From Treponemataceae bacterium (GTDB taxonomy: Bacteria; Spirochaetota; Spirochaetia; Treponematales; Rectinemataceae): a stretch of DNA of 64,000 bases. The DNA lies in the NCBI GenBank assembly GCA_963678065.2, contig CAXXVZ010000003.1:160001-224000 (forward strand), read 5' to 3'. Positions 1 to 8,890 of the stretch are shown piece by piece (position 1 is the first letter of the stretch; the number at the start of each line of letters is the position of its first letter). A model generated the notes under the pieces. That model saw only the letters and a list, made by a program, of their open reading frames with translations, was not told the origin of the DNA and made no database searches. Made by a program: the position numbers and the translations under genes.

Positions 1-1
1 G

Positions 2-445
2 GAGGGGGCGGACACCATCGGCATCGTGAATAAACTCATAGAGTGGCACGCGGGCTCCGAACTGCGCCTGACGCACATCGTAGGCTCGGATGTCCTTCCG
101 CTCGTGGTAAAGTATATTGGGATCGACCTCGACTCGTGGCGGCAGAGCTGCGCCCGCTGCGGCGTCTGCATGGATTTTTCGGGCTTCGTCGTCCGGCGCA
201 ACCTGGGCGGATCCAGCGCGGATCTCCTGGGCGCGGTCAGGAAAGCCGGGGTCAGGATGACCCTCGACAGGCGGAGGATAGGCACACCCTCGAGCACAGA
301 CTTCCGCTCGGACCGGGCCATAACCATCGTGTTCCCCTCGGAGGCCATGCTGGCGCGGCTCGAGATCCTCTTCCGCTACTCCATGCACACTCCCTGGCGG
401 GTCAAGGGCGATCCCAACGATCCTGTCTTCCGCTGGGAAATCTGA
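2..445 (+). CDS. 5'-partial nucleotidyltransferase-like (NadD/cytidylyltransferase superfamily) protein
   Basis: Frame is open back to the window edge. 'ADTIGIVNKL...HIVGSD' and 'PSSTDFR' resemble the NadD 'DTL...FIIGAD' and 'ISSTEIR' motifs. The HIGH motif would lie outside the window. Confidence 0.45.
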   Translation, partial: EGADTIGIVNKLIEWHAGSELRLTHIVGSDVLPLVVKYIGIDLDSWRQSCARCGVCMDFSGFVVRRNLGGSSADLLGAVRKAGVRMTLDRRRIGTPSSTDFRSDRAITIVFPSEAMLARLEILFRYSMHTPWRVKGDPNDPVFRWEI

Positions 446-544
446 AGGAAAGGTAGTGCGGTGCCTCATAAATAAAACACGACAAGAAGGGTAGTATACC
501 TGTCGACCCGCTGTAGGGTATTCTTCGGCAAGGAGTACCGTGAC

Positions 545-1174
545 ATGAACCTGATTTTTCTCGGCCCCCCCGGCGCCGGAAAGGGCACCATAGCAGCGCT
601 CGCCATCAAGACACTTGGCCTTCCCCACATTTCGACGGGCGACCTTTTCCGCGCCGCCGTCAAGAACGAAACCCCGCTCGGCCTCAAGGTGAAGGACATC
701 CTGGCTTCGGGTGGCCTTGTTCCCGATAGAATAACCATCGATCTCGTCGCGGAGCGCCTCTGTGCTCCCGACGCCGCAAAAGGCTGGATACTCGACGGCT
801 TTCCCCGGACTATTCCCCAGGCCGAAGCTCTCGCGGCCATAGCGGTGATCGACAGGGTCGTCAATTTCGACGTCGCGGACGAGGTTGTCATCAGGCGGCT
901 CGCGGGAAGGCGCGTCTGTCGCGCCTGCGGCAAGATCTACCATGTTACGAGCATGCCCCCCACCCGCGAAGGCCTCTGCGATCTCTGCTCCGGCGAAGTC
1001 TACACGCGCCCGGACGACGCGGAGGAAGCCATCCGCGTGCGGCTCGAAAACTACCGCAGGCAGACTGCACCCCTCATCGAGTGGTATGGATCCCGCGGCT
1101 GCCTCCTGACCATCGACGGCGTCGGCTCGCCCGAAGTCGTTCTCGGCCGATTCACCGAGGCGATGTCGATCTGA
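545..1174 (+). CDS. adk: adenylate kinase (zinc-finger LID type)
   Basis: GPPGAGKGT P-loop, HISTGDLFR, LDGFPRT, LID with CRAC...CDLC; AAGGAG RBS. Confidence 0.97.
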   Translation: MNLIFLGPPGAGKGTIAALAIKTLGLPHISTGDLFRAAVKNETPLGLKVKDILASGGLVPDRITIDLVAERLCAPDAAKGWILDGFPRTIPQAEALAAIAVIDRVVNFDVADEVVIRRLAGRRVCRACGKIYHVTSMPPTREGLCDLCSGEVYTRPDDAEEAIRVRLENYRRQTAPLIEWYGSRGCLLTIDGVGSPEVVLGRFTEAMSI

Positions 1175-1178
1175 GCCG

Positions 1179-2651
1179 ATGATCATGCTTCGGCGGTTCA
1201 TTGTCCTGGCTCTGATCGTGCTCGGAGTGGGGACGGCATTTGCCCGCGATCCGGACCGGCCGGCCCACGCGGAGGCAGCCGCGCAGACAAGGCCGGGTGC
1301 CGGAAGCGGGATACGACCCGGGCTCTGGGAAGGAAGCGTGGAGCTCCGACCCAAGGCCTCCGCAGCGGCGCCTCAGGATGCCTCGGGCAAGGTTGCGTCC
1401 CCAGCGCCCGGCGGCGCCGATGCCCGGATACAAAAGGTTTCGAGTCCGCTCTCCCTGCGCCTCCTCGAGCCTGCCTCGGGCGGGCTCCTCGATATGCCCG
1501 AACAGTCCATGTTCGGCTTTCCGCTTTCCAATCTTTCCTGGCGACAGGATAGGATTTCTTTCAGGCTTGAGACCGGCTCCGATGTGTCGGCGATCGCATT
1601 CAACGGATTCCTGGCCAAGACCGCCCAGGGGGCTGCGCCGAAAATTGTCGGGAGTCTCCGCGGAGAAGAGCTTTCGGGCTCCTTCGCGATCAGCCTCGTC
1701 CCCGATCGCCTTCTGCCCGGGGAGACCCGCCTCTCTGTTGACACGGGCATGGGGCTGATTCCCGGCTCCCTCATCATCCCCGAGAGCGCGGGTTCGCCCA
1801 TGCCCCTCGTCCTCATGATATCCGCCTCGGGAACGACGGACAGGGACGGGAACAATTTCAATGTGCCGGGAAAGAATGACGCTTTCAGGCTTCTCGCCTC
1901 TGCCCTCGCACAGGAAGGCATCGCGAGTTACCGCTACGACAAGAGGGGGGCGGGAGAGGCGTACAAGCTCGTGTACGATGAGTCCTTCCTGCGGTTCTAC
2001 CAGTACGTGAACGACGCGGCGGAAGTCATCGCGCGCTTCAGGGGCGACGAGCGGTTTTCCCGCATCGTCCTCCTCTGCCATGCGGAGGGAGCCCTCGTCG
2101 GGGCAGCGGCGCTCAACCGGCTCGGTCTTTCCGGCACCTTCGTGGACGCCATGATGATGCTCTGCGCCTCGGACAAGAGCCCCTCGCGGGGCGTGGAGGA
2201 CTCGCTCGCCGACACTCCTGCCGAACTCGAAAAAGAGGCGAAAGCCATCATGCAGGCTCTGAAGGCTGGGAAAGAGTATCCTTCGCCTTCGCCCTACTTT
2301 TCGGATTTTTTCAGGCCTTCATTTCAGGCTTACCTCTCGTCCTGGTTCCAGTACGACCCTTTCGTCGAAATCCCCTCGGTGATGGTGCCTTTGGCCTTCG
2401 TTCATGGCGGCAGGGATCTCCAGGTTTCCCAGGAGGAGCTGGACGGACTCCTCGCCCTCCGGCCGAGCGCCTCCGCATACATCCTCCCCGGCATGAACCA
2501 CGCGCTCAAAGAAGTTCCTGAGGACAGGGACAGGAATTTCGATGCTTTTACCGACCCTTCCTTTCCTCTCGGAAAGGGGCTGGTCGAGCTCGTCGCGGCG
2601 TTCGCCAAGGTGAAACCGATCCCGCCCTCGATACAGCGATACCGACGCTGA
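1179..2651 (+). CDS. secreted alpha/beta-hydrolase-fold protein, nucleophile Ser apparently replaced
   Basis: Signal peptide; SGTTDRDGN, RYDKRG, HGGRDLQV and GMNHALK motifs; elbow reads CHAEG instead of GHSEG. Confidence 0.8.
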   Translation: MIMLRRFIVLALIVLGVGTAFARDPDRPAHAEAAAQTRPGAGSGIRPGLWEGSVELRPKASAAAPQDASGKVASPAPGGADARIQKVSSPLSLRLLEPASGGLLDMPEQSMFGFPLSNLSWRQDRISFRLETGSDVSAIAFNGFLAKTAQGAAPKIVGSLRGEELSGSFAISLVPDRLLPGETRLSVDTGMGLIPGSLIIPESAGSPMPLVLMISASGTTDRDGNNFNVPGKNDAFRLLASALAQEGIASYRYDKRGAGEAYKLVYDESFLRFYQYVNDAAEVIARFRGDERFSRIVLLCHAEGALVGAAALNRLGLSGTFVDAMMMLCASDKSPSRGVEDSLADTPAELEKEAKAIMQALKAGKEYPSPSPYFSDFFRPSFQAYLSSWFQYDPFVEIPSVMVPLAFVHGGRDLQVSQEELDGLLALRPSASAYILPGMNHALKEVPEDRDRNFDAFTDPSFPLGKGLVELVAAFAKVKPIPPSIQRYRR

Positions 2652-3662
2652 TCACATGCCCTGCGCCTGTGCCGATGTCGTCATCCTGAACAGTGAGGAG
2701 TAGGTCGAGGCAGGGATCTCGAGGCCGCGGGAGACGTAGCTGTCGCCTTCGAGCACAAAGCGGGCCTCGGCTTCCTTTGCGGTCGCATTTTCGTCGCCGA
2801 TGAAGGCTTTCGAGAGGGCGAACCACGCGAACTTGAGCGAGGGTCGGTAGATGCGGGCCGACTCGCTGTCCTTCATGACGAAGGAGATACTCGAGAGATA
2901 GAGCGGGCTGCCTCCGCTGCCGACCGATTCGAGCCTTTTCGCGAGGATGCAGATTCCTATGATCGGAATATCGAAGCCCTCCGATGGCAGGTAGGCCGCG
3001 AAGGCGGTGAAGGGATCGGGTATCCAGATGAAAATATCGCCTCCGTAGGGAAAGACAAAACGAGGGGGAAGGGGCGAGTTCCCCGCCGGGTCGAAGGATT
3101 TGAGCCTCTGCGCGAGGCTGTTCGCCGAACCATGCTCGGCATCCCTTCCCTCGGGGCCGGGATTGCCGATGCTCCGCGCGAGGACGAGCCTGTCCGCAGG
3201 GGATGCGACCTGGATTCCCGAAGGATCGTTCACGAAGGATTGCCCGTCCTTCCTCCATTCCGGATTGACGGAGAGGGCGAGGTCGACAGAGTTCCTGGAG
3301 TAATCGCCGACGATAGCGAGATCGTAGTTCATACCCGATGGGCCGGCCGGTGTTGTCCCTATTGCGGCCGTGCTCGTCCTGTCGACGAGGGCGGCGAAGG
3401 ACGCGGTGCGGTCGCCGGGAAGGATCGAGGGCGCGAGATCTTTCAGGGCCGGCTTGGTGAAACGGGCGTATAGAGCCGCTCCCCGGGGCAAATAGAGGAC
3501 CGGATCGGGCTCGGCAGGCATGCGGGGTCGCATCGTGCTGCAGCCCGCTATCACCGAGAGGAGGGCGCAGAGGGCGATGGCGGGAACCGCCCTTGAGCTG
3601 ATATGGGCGGCTTTCTGCCTTCGCCAGGCAGTGACAGTCGGCAGAACCAATGCGCGATTCAT
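2652..3662 (-). CDS. hypothetical lipoprotein
   Basis: 336-aa ORF; hydrophobic stretch ending in lipobox-like IAGC; ATGA overlap with the upstream gene. Confidence 0.65.
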   Translation of the reverse strand: MNRALVLPTVTAWRRQKAAHISSRAVPAIALCALLSVIAGCSTMRPRMPAEPDPVLYLPRGAALYARFTKPALKDLAPSILPGDRTASFAALVDRTSTAAIGTTPAGPSGMNYDLAIVGDYSRNSVDLALSVNPEWRKDGQSFVNDPSGIQVASPADRLVLARSIGNPGPEGRDAEHGSANSLAQRLKSFDPAGNSPLPPRFVFPYGGDIFIWIPDPFTAFAAYLPSEGFDIPIIGICILAKRLESVGSGGSPLYLSSISFVMKDSESARIYRPSLKFAWFALSKAFIGDENATAKEAEARFVLEGDSYVSRGLEIPASTYSSLFRMTTSAQAQGM

Positions 3663-4690
3663 CGCGAACCTCCGGAGTCAAAAAGGGTTTTTGCCGCGGT
3701 GCGGTGCGCATCGGCCGCTTCGCTCCATCTGTGGAGCCGCGAGCCGAAGAAGAGCCCGGCATCCGTATGGTGCAACTTCCCGGCAGTGCCTGAATCGCCG
3801 CGGGATCCACCCTCCTGGCCGAACAGCGTACCGGCCAGGGTCGATTTCAGCCAGGTCAGGCGGTCGTAGCCACCTCCGAAGGGATCTTCGTTTCTCGCCG
3901 GATCTGAGATGCCCGCTTCGGTCATCCAGAGGCCGCGCTCCCGCGGAGGGATTCCAAGGTCGACGATATAGGCGCCGATGCGCGCTTTTTTTGCCTCATG
4001 CGCGCTCTCCCCCGGTCGTTTTCCCGACCAGATCTGCCCCAGAGCGTCCAGGACAAAGTCCTCGTCGACGAAGGGACGGCGTCTCCATGTACAGAGGAAG
4101 CGGTATATCTTGCGCGCCGCGGCCAGAAAGCGCTCACTGTTTACCACGGTCCGCAGGTCGGGTACAAGCCTTCCGTCCTCCCAGGTTCCCCCCGGATCGT
4201 CCGGCGCCCCGAGCACTTGGAGATGACCCGCGGGGGGCAGAAGGGAGGCGGGGTCGACGATGTTCGTGCTCCCTGCGATCCCGGAAAAATGCTGATGGGC
4301 CCAGGTGTCGGCGTAGGCGTGGAGGGCGATGCCAATTCTGAACAGGTCATCCGTACGGAGAGCCGCGATGAGGAGAGTTCTCGCGTTCGGACTGTCCGGC
4401 GTGACGACTCCCTCATCGGCGTCGCCGTTGCGCTCCGATCTCGCCTTCGCGCGATCTCCCGGAACAAAATGGAAGGGCATGTAGACTTCACGCTGTATCT
4501 CCGCGCTCCAGAACCGGTAGTTCTGGGTAGCCTGGACGCGGTAATCCTTCACTTCCGTGTGTATATCGAGGGAGACGAGGATATCGTCGACGAGCTGCGA
4601 TGATCCTGCCACCGTCTCCGCCTCTTGTGCGGAAAGTCCGGCCGCGGTGCACAGGTAGTGGACGGCGTAGTAGTGGAACTCGATGTTCAT
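3659..4690 (-). CDS. DUF6765-like protein, putative Zn-dependent hydrolase
   Basis: Starts MNIEFHYY (ATG 4690); contains PFHFVPG and GIALHAYADTWAHQ. Confidence 0.7.
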   Translation of the reverse strand: MNIEFHYYAVHYLCTAAGLSAQEAETVAGSSQLVDDILVSLDIHTEVKDYRVQATQNYRFWSAEIQREVYMPFHFVPGDRAKARSERNGDADEGVVTPDSPNARTLLIAALRTDDLFRIGIALHAYADTWAHQHFSGIAGSTNIVDPASLLPPAGHLQVLGAPDDPGGTWEDGRLVPDLRTVVNSERFLAAARKIYRFLCTWRRRPFVDEDFVLDALGQIWSGKRPGESAHEAKKARIGAYIVDLGIPPRERGLWMTEAGISDPARNEDPFGGGYDRLTWLKSTLAGTLFGQEGGSRGDSGTAGKLHHTDAGLFFGSRLHRWSEAADAHRTAAKTLFDSGGSR

Positions 4691-4829
4691 CGTCCGGGAA
4701 GTATGCCCTGTCTGGCGGTCGGCAACAAGACATGGTATGGTTTCATCCTGTCGTATCCGGCACCATCCGCATTGTTCGGCCGCGGTGCCGCGCCATGGGA
4801 TGGAGCAAATCAGACAGGGGGAAGGTGTC

Positions 4830-5279
4830 ATGGCAGTGGAACGGACCTTCGCGATGCTGAAGCCGGGAGTTCTTTCCCGCAGGTTGGCGGGAGAGATAAT
4901 CGCGAGAATCGAACGGAAGGGTTTCGCCATCGTGGGCATGAAGCTCATGAGCGTACCCCGTTCCCTCGCCGAGGCCCATTACAGCGAACACCGCGACAAG
5001 GAATTCTTCGGGTCTCTCGTCGACTACATCACGAGCGGCCCCGTCATCGCCATGGCCCTTGAGGGCGACCAGGCTGTCCTCATGCTGCGCAAGCTCTGCG
5101 GCCCGACCCGCGCCGAGGATGCCGCCCCCGGAAGCATCCGGGGCGACTATGCCATGCACACGGGGCTCAACATCATCCACGCCTCCGACTCTCCCGAGGC
5201 CGCCCTGACCGAACTCGCGCGTTTTTTCGGCCCGGAGGAACTTGTCGACTGGCGTGACGGCAACGGCGACTGGATCTGA
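4830..5279 (+). CDS. ndk: nucleoside-diphosphate kinase
   Basis: ERTFAMLKP, HYSEH, SGPV, PGSIRGD, NIIHASDS. Confidence 0.97.
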   Translation: MAVERTFAMLKPGVLSRRLAGEIIARIERKGFAIVGMKLMSVPRSLAEAHYSEHRDKEFFGSLVDYITSGPVIAMALEGDQAVLMLRKLCGPTRAEDAAPGSIRGDYAMHTGLNIIHASDSPEAALTELARFFGPEELVDWRDGNGDWI

Positions 5280-5374
5280 ACCTCTGCCAGAAGTCCTCCT
5301 CGCCGCGCTGCCGGTGGCGAGGGCTATTTCAGGGCGAGGGTCGAAGCCGGGAAAAACAGGGTCGAGAGTTCGGC

Positions 5375-5687
5375 AATCCCCCGTCGCCGGGAAATCGGGT
5401 GAGTCTAGATCACCTCCGGGGCGAAAGCAGCCATGGCCCGGGACCAGGGCCTTTCCAATTGAGGGACTCCTCCCCTCAGTCCCCGGGAGAACCACGTCGA
5501 GGCGGTCCTTGTGGACCGCCTCGACTCGTGCGGGGATTTCCTTCGGGCAAGCGGTCCGGATGAAATCGTTGAGTATATCGTCCGTGAAACCGAAACCGGA
5601 GAGCGAGGCCCTCATGGCCTCCACGGACAGTTCTGTAGATGCATTGTTCTTTTCGGACACAGCGTGATCCTTGAATCGGTCTGACAT
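5375..5687 (-). pseudogene. rsgA: 5' remnant of an RsgA-type ribosome GTPase
   Basis: ARVEAVHKDRLDV...DFPATGD matches the RsgA N-terminal OB domain. No G-motifs or Zn finger follow, and the frame runs antisense into ndk. Confidence 0.55.
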
Positions 5688-5925
5688 GTCGGAGTCCGAC
5701 GGGAATCCATCGTCATGTCCCTAGGTCCGGCCCGGACCTAAAGGCATGACGAAGCCTGCGACGGGCTGCCGAACATCATCGGATGGATCGGCGGCCTGTC
5801 AGGGCTCTCCGCGATGTCCGGTATACGGGCATGCAGAGACAGCTCTGCGCGCGGTCGGCTTTTTAGAGTCGTTTTCCCTGTGCGTCTGGGGGCGGTCATG
5901 GAAGGCGGGGAGCCTTCCAGAAGAA

Positions 5926-5994
5926 TCAGATGACCGTTTGGGTGACGGACGCCGGGATGCCGACGGCGGCGGTGCGTGCAATGGCCATTAACAT
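5926..5994 (-). promoter_or_regulatory. 22-aa leader uORF MLMAIARTAAVGIPASVTQTVI upstream of the rsgA remnant
   Basis: CAGGAGG RBS (6007-6001) 6 nt before the ATG; several hairpins follow between 5690 and 5920. Confidence 0.5.
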
Positions 5995-6028
5995 TCTGCG
6001 CCTCCTGTGGCCGGAAAACCCGGCAAGC

Positions 6029-6062
6029 AAAAAAATGGACGGCACCATGACGATGCCGTCCA
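6029..6062 (-). terminator. intrinsic terminator downstream of lysS
   Basis: TGGACGGCA/TGCCGTCCA stem followed by T7 on the minus strand. Confidence 0.65.
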
Positions 6063-6108
6063 AAAAAGATTATCGTAAGTTTTTTGTTTTGTCCAGTGGT
6101 CCTGGGAA

Positions 6109-7695
6109 TCAATACACGGAAAGGATGCTCTGGGCCTTCTCTTTCCCGATTATGGACAGGAATCCGGCGAGCCGCGGCCCCTGGTCTTTCGCGATGAGGG
6201 CCTGGTAGGTCGCGCGGAAGAGGGCTTTGGAATCGATGCCTGCCGCCGCGGCCACGGCGTAGATCGCTTCGGCCACGGCCTTCTCGTCGGCGAAGCTCTC
6301 CAGCACGGCGACGACATCGTCGCGGAGACGGACGATGGCGGTCACTTCGGCCTCGCTGAGTTCGGCCTTCTCTCCGGGAGTCCGGAAGGCGAAGCGGAAA
6401 TCCTCGGGGGCGCACTCGGTGATCCAGTACCAGGCGCAGGTCGCCCTCTGTCGGACGCGGGGAATCTGGGCCTCGGCTATGCCCGGCAGGAGAGAGATGA
6501 CCTTCTCGATGTCGCCCTGGTAAATCTGGAGGAGGTTGCAGAGGTGGCGGAAAGCTATCTGGTAGGGAGCCTCGGCCGGCACTGCCTCGACCTGGGAGAG
6601 TTCGTAGATGCGCTTTTCCTTGAGGAAGGTCTGCTCATCCTTGGCTTTGTCGAGGCTCCAGTAGATCCGCTCGGTCCTGTCGTAGTCCTCGTAGATCTTT
6701 ATGACGTCGAGGTCGAAGCTGATGACGAACTCGGTGTTAGGACGGGTGCCCGCGAAGAGGTAGCGCACGATCTCGGGCTGGTAGACGCGCAGAAGGTCGT
6801 AGAGGTCGACAACCTTGCCCTTTGAGGAGGACATCTTGCCGGGCGAGCCCTTGATTCCGATGAAGTCGTAGCGGAAAGTGACGGGGGGCTTGCGGCCGTA
6901 AACTTCCTCGACGACATGCTTGGAAGTGTCGAAGGAACCGCCCTGGCTGTGGTGATCCTTGCCGGCCGGTTCGAAGTCGACGCCTTCACGGGCCCAGCGC
7001 ATGGGCCAGTCGACGCGCCAGACGAGCTTTGCGCCTTTCAGGGTCCGCAGGTCTCCCGTCTCGGAGTGGCCGCAGGTCTCGCAGTGGTAGCTGAGTCCCC
7101 AGTCGCCGTCCCAGCCGTCGATCTGGGTGGTGTCGCGGTTGCAGGCTGTGCAGAAGACCGACACGGGCCACCACTCGCCCTGGATCTTGTGGTCATCGTC
7201 GCGGTACTTGTCCAGGATGGTTTTGAGGTGCTCGCGCATTTCAAGGGCGCGGCGCATGCCTTCGGCGTACATGCCGGAGCGGTAGCGCTCGGCCTGGAAG
7301 AGGAAGTCGGGGTGGATGCCGACGGCCGGGAGCACGGTCTCTACGTCGACCTCGTGGTGCCTCGCGTAGCTCGCGTCCCGCTTCCAGGGATCGGGAACCA
7401 TGGTGATGGGGAAGCGGAGGTGTGCGGCGAGGCTCTCCTGCTCCGGCATGTTGACGGGAACCTTGCGGAAGACGTCGTAGTCGTCCCAGCTGTAGATGAA
7501 GCGGACATTCTTGCCCCTGGCCCTGAGGGCCCGGACGACGAGTTCGACGGATATCATCTCGCGGAAATTGCCGACGTGGACTGTGCCTGAGGGCGTGATG
7601 CCGGAGGCGCAGGTGTAGAGTTCCTTGTCGCCCCACTCGGCGATTATCTTTTCGGCCGTCTGGTCGGCCCAGTGCGGTGATCTGGTCTGTTCCAT
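6109..7695 (-). CDS. lysS: lysine--tRNA ligase, class I
   Basis: HWAD, SGITPSGTVHVGN, WRVDWPMRW, FEPAGKDH, KMSSSKG, QGPRL. Confidence 0.97.
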   Translation of the reverse strand: MEQTRSPHWADQTAEKIIAEWGDKELYTCASGITPSGTVHVGNFREMISVELVVRALRARGKNVRFIYSWDDYDVFRKVPVNMPEQESLAAHLRFPITMVPDPWKRDASYARHHEVDVETVLPAVGIHPDFLFQAERYRSGMYAEGMRRALEMREHLKTILDKYRDDDHKIQGEWWPVSVFCTACNRDTTQIDGWDGDWGLSYHCETCGHSETGDLRTLKGAKLVWRVDWPMRWAREGVDFEPAGKDHHSQGGSFDTSKHVVEEVYGRKPPVTFRYDFIGIKGSPGKMSSSKGKVVDLYDLLRVYQPEIVRYLFAGTRPNTEFVISFDLDVIKIYEDYDRTERIYWSLDKAKDEQTFLKEKRIYELSQVEAVPAEAPYQIAFRHLCNLLQIYQGDIEKVISLLPGIAEAQIPRVRQRATCAWYWITECAPEDFRFAFRTPGEKAELSEAEVTAIVRLRDDVVAVLESFADEKAVAEAIYAVAAAAGIDSKALFRATYQALIAKDQGPRLAGFLSIIGKEKAQSILSVY

Positions 7696-7752
7696 TCAGC
7701 CAGTATACCAAGTCAGGTCCCGCGTGAAAATAACCTCCGGCGCGACAGGCCG

Positions 7753-8889
7753 TCAGATCAGGAGACGGCCGTTTCCCATGACGACGCGGCCGCATCCGTC
7801 CTCCATGAAGAGTTCCACGGTCGGATACGGGACGAGTCCGTCGAGATGGATGAGGGCGGGCGCGTCGCCGTCGTAGTTGGCGCCGATCGCGAAATGACAG
7901 GTGGAGAGAACCTTTTCATCCTCCAGCATGAGGCCCCGGACGCGCGCCGCGGGATTGAGCCCGATTCCGAACTCACCGAGGTTGCGCGCGTTCGCGGCAT
8001 AGGCCGCGGCCTGGACAGGATCGGCAGGCCCTCCGGCCTCGGGGTCGAGCGCGCGTCTCTTTCCTGTCCCGAGCGCCTCTTCCAGTCTCTCCGAGCCGGT
8101 CCCGCCGGAGATCCGCACGACGAAACCCTTCTCGAAACTGCAGAAAACCGGATCGGGCAGAAGAATCTCCCCGCCGATGACGCTGATCGAGCCCTGGAAG
8201 GCGATGATGCCTTCCGCCGTGCCGAGTTCGGGAGAGATGAAGACTTCCCCCGCCGGAAGGTTTCCCCCTGAGCCTGGCTGCGAGTAGTCGCCTGTATCCT
8301 CGGAGGCGAGGCGGCCGCACAGGCCGAAACGGACCTCCGTCCCGGCTTGGCTGGTGACACGGGCGGAGACTGCCCTGTCGAGCAGTCGGGCGAGGATAGC
8401 CGCGCTTTCGCGCATCCGCCGGTAATCGATCGGGACCGTCCTTCCGAACATCTCGCGGGTCGTGCCGGGCGACCAGAACGCCCTGATTTCCTTCGTTCCC
8501 GAGCGCAGGTAGTGAAAGATGTGGTCGTAGCTCCGGCCATCCGGAGTCCTGTACGGGGCAGCGATTCCTCTGCCGTCCTTGCCGAGTTTCGCGGAAGAGA
8601 TCGAGGCGACGATCTCCGGCTTTGTCGCTATGGCGGCGAGCACTGCCGGGTCGGCCTCGTCGAGCTGTGTCTTTTCGGGCTGAACGAGGAGAAGGGGAAA
8701 GGCCCCGGCCGCTGCCGCTGCGTCGTAGAGCGCTCGGGAAACGGCGAGGACTTCGCTGCCCGGATTGGTGACGATGAGAAAGCGCTCGCCGGGTTTTGCC
8801 GCGAGGCAATCCGCGACAGCGGTGCGCGCGGCGGTTTCGAGAAAGCCGTCTTCGCTCGCAGCGAGCCCCTCATCCTTGACGGTTGTCAG
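7753..8889 (-). CDS. aminopeptidase (thermophilic metalloprotease/M29-like), probable CTG start
   Basis: NLPAGEVF, NLGEFGIGLNP, LEDEK, HFAIG and IHLD motifs. Frame open 82 codons upstream of the first GTG (8643) to a CTG at 8889 preceded by AGGAGG. Confidence 0.8.
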   Translation of the reverse strand: MTTVKDEGLAASEDGFLETAARTAVADCLAAKPGERFLIVTNPGSEVLAVSRALYDAAAAAGAFPLLLVQPEKTQLDEADPAVLAAIATKPEIVASISSAKLGKDGRGIAAPYRTPDGRSYDHIFHYLRSGTKEIRAFWSPGTTREMFGRTVPIDYRRMRESAAILARLLDRAVSARVTSQAGTEVRFGLCGRLASEDTGDYSQPGSGGNLPAGEVFISPELGTAEGIIAFQGSISVIGGEILLPDPVFCSFEKGFVVRISGGTGSERLEEALGTGKRRALDPEAGGPADPVQAAAYAANARNLGEFGIGLNPAARVRGLMLEDEKVLSTCHFAIGANYDGDAPALIHLDGLVPYPTVELFMEDGCGRVVMGNGRLLI

Positions 8890-8890
8890 G

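Noticed and set aside
4743..5374. C-terminal part of the 314-aa minus-strand ORF
   Set aside because: Mostly antisense to ndk; read-through after the rsgA break
7696..7752. T-box or lysine riboswitch before lysS (and likewise before cysS at 40247-40293)
   Set aside because: Intergenic gaps are under 60 bp, too short
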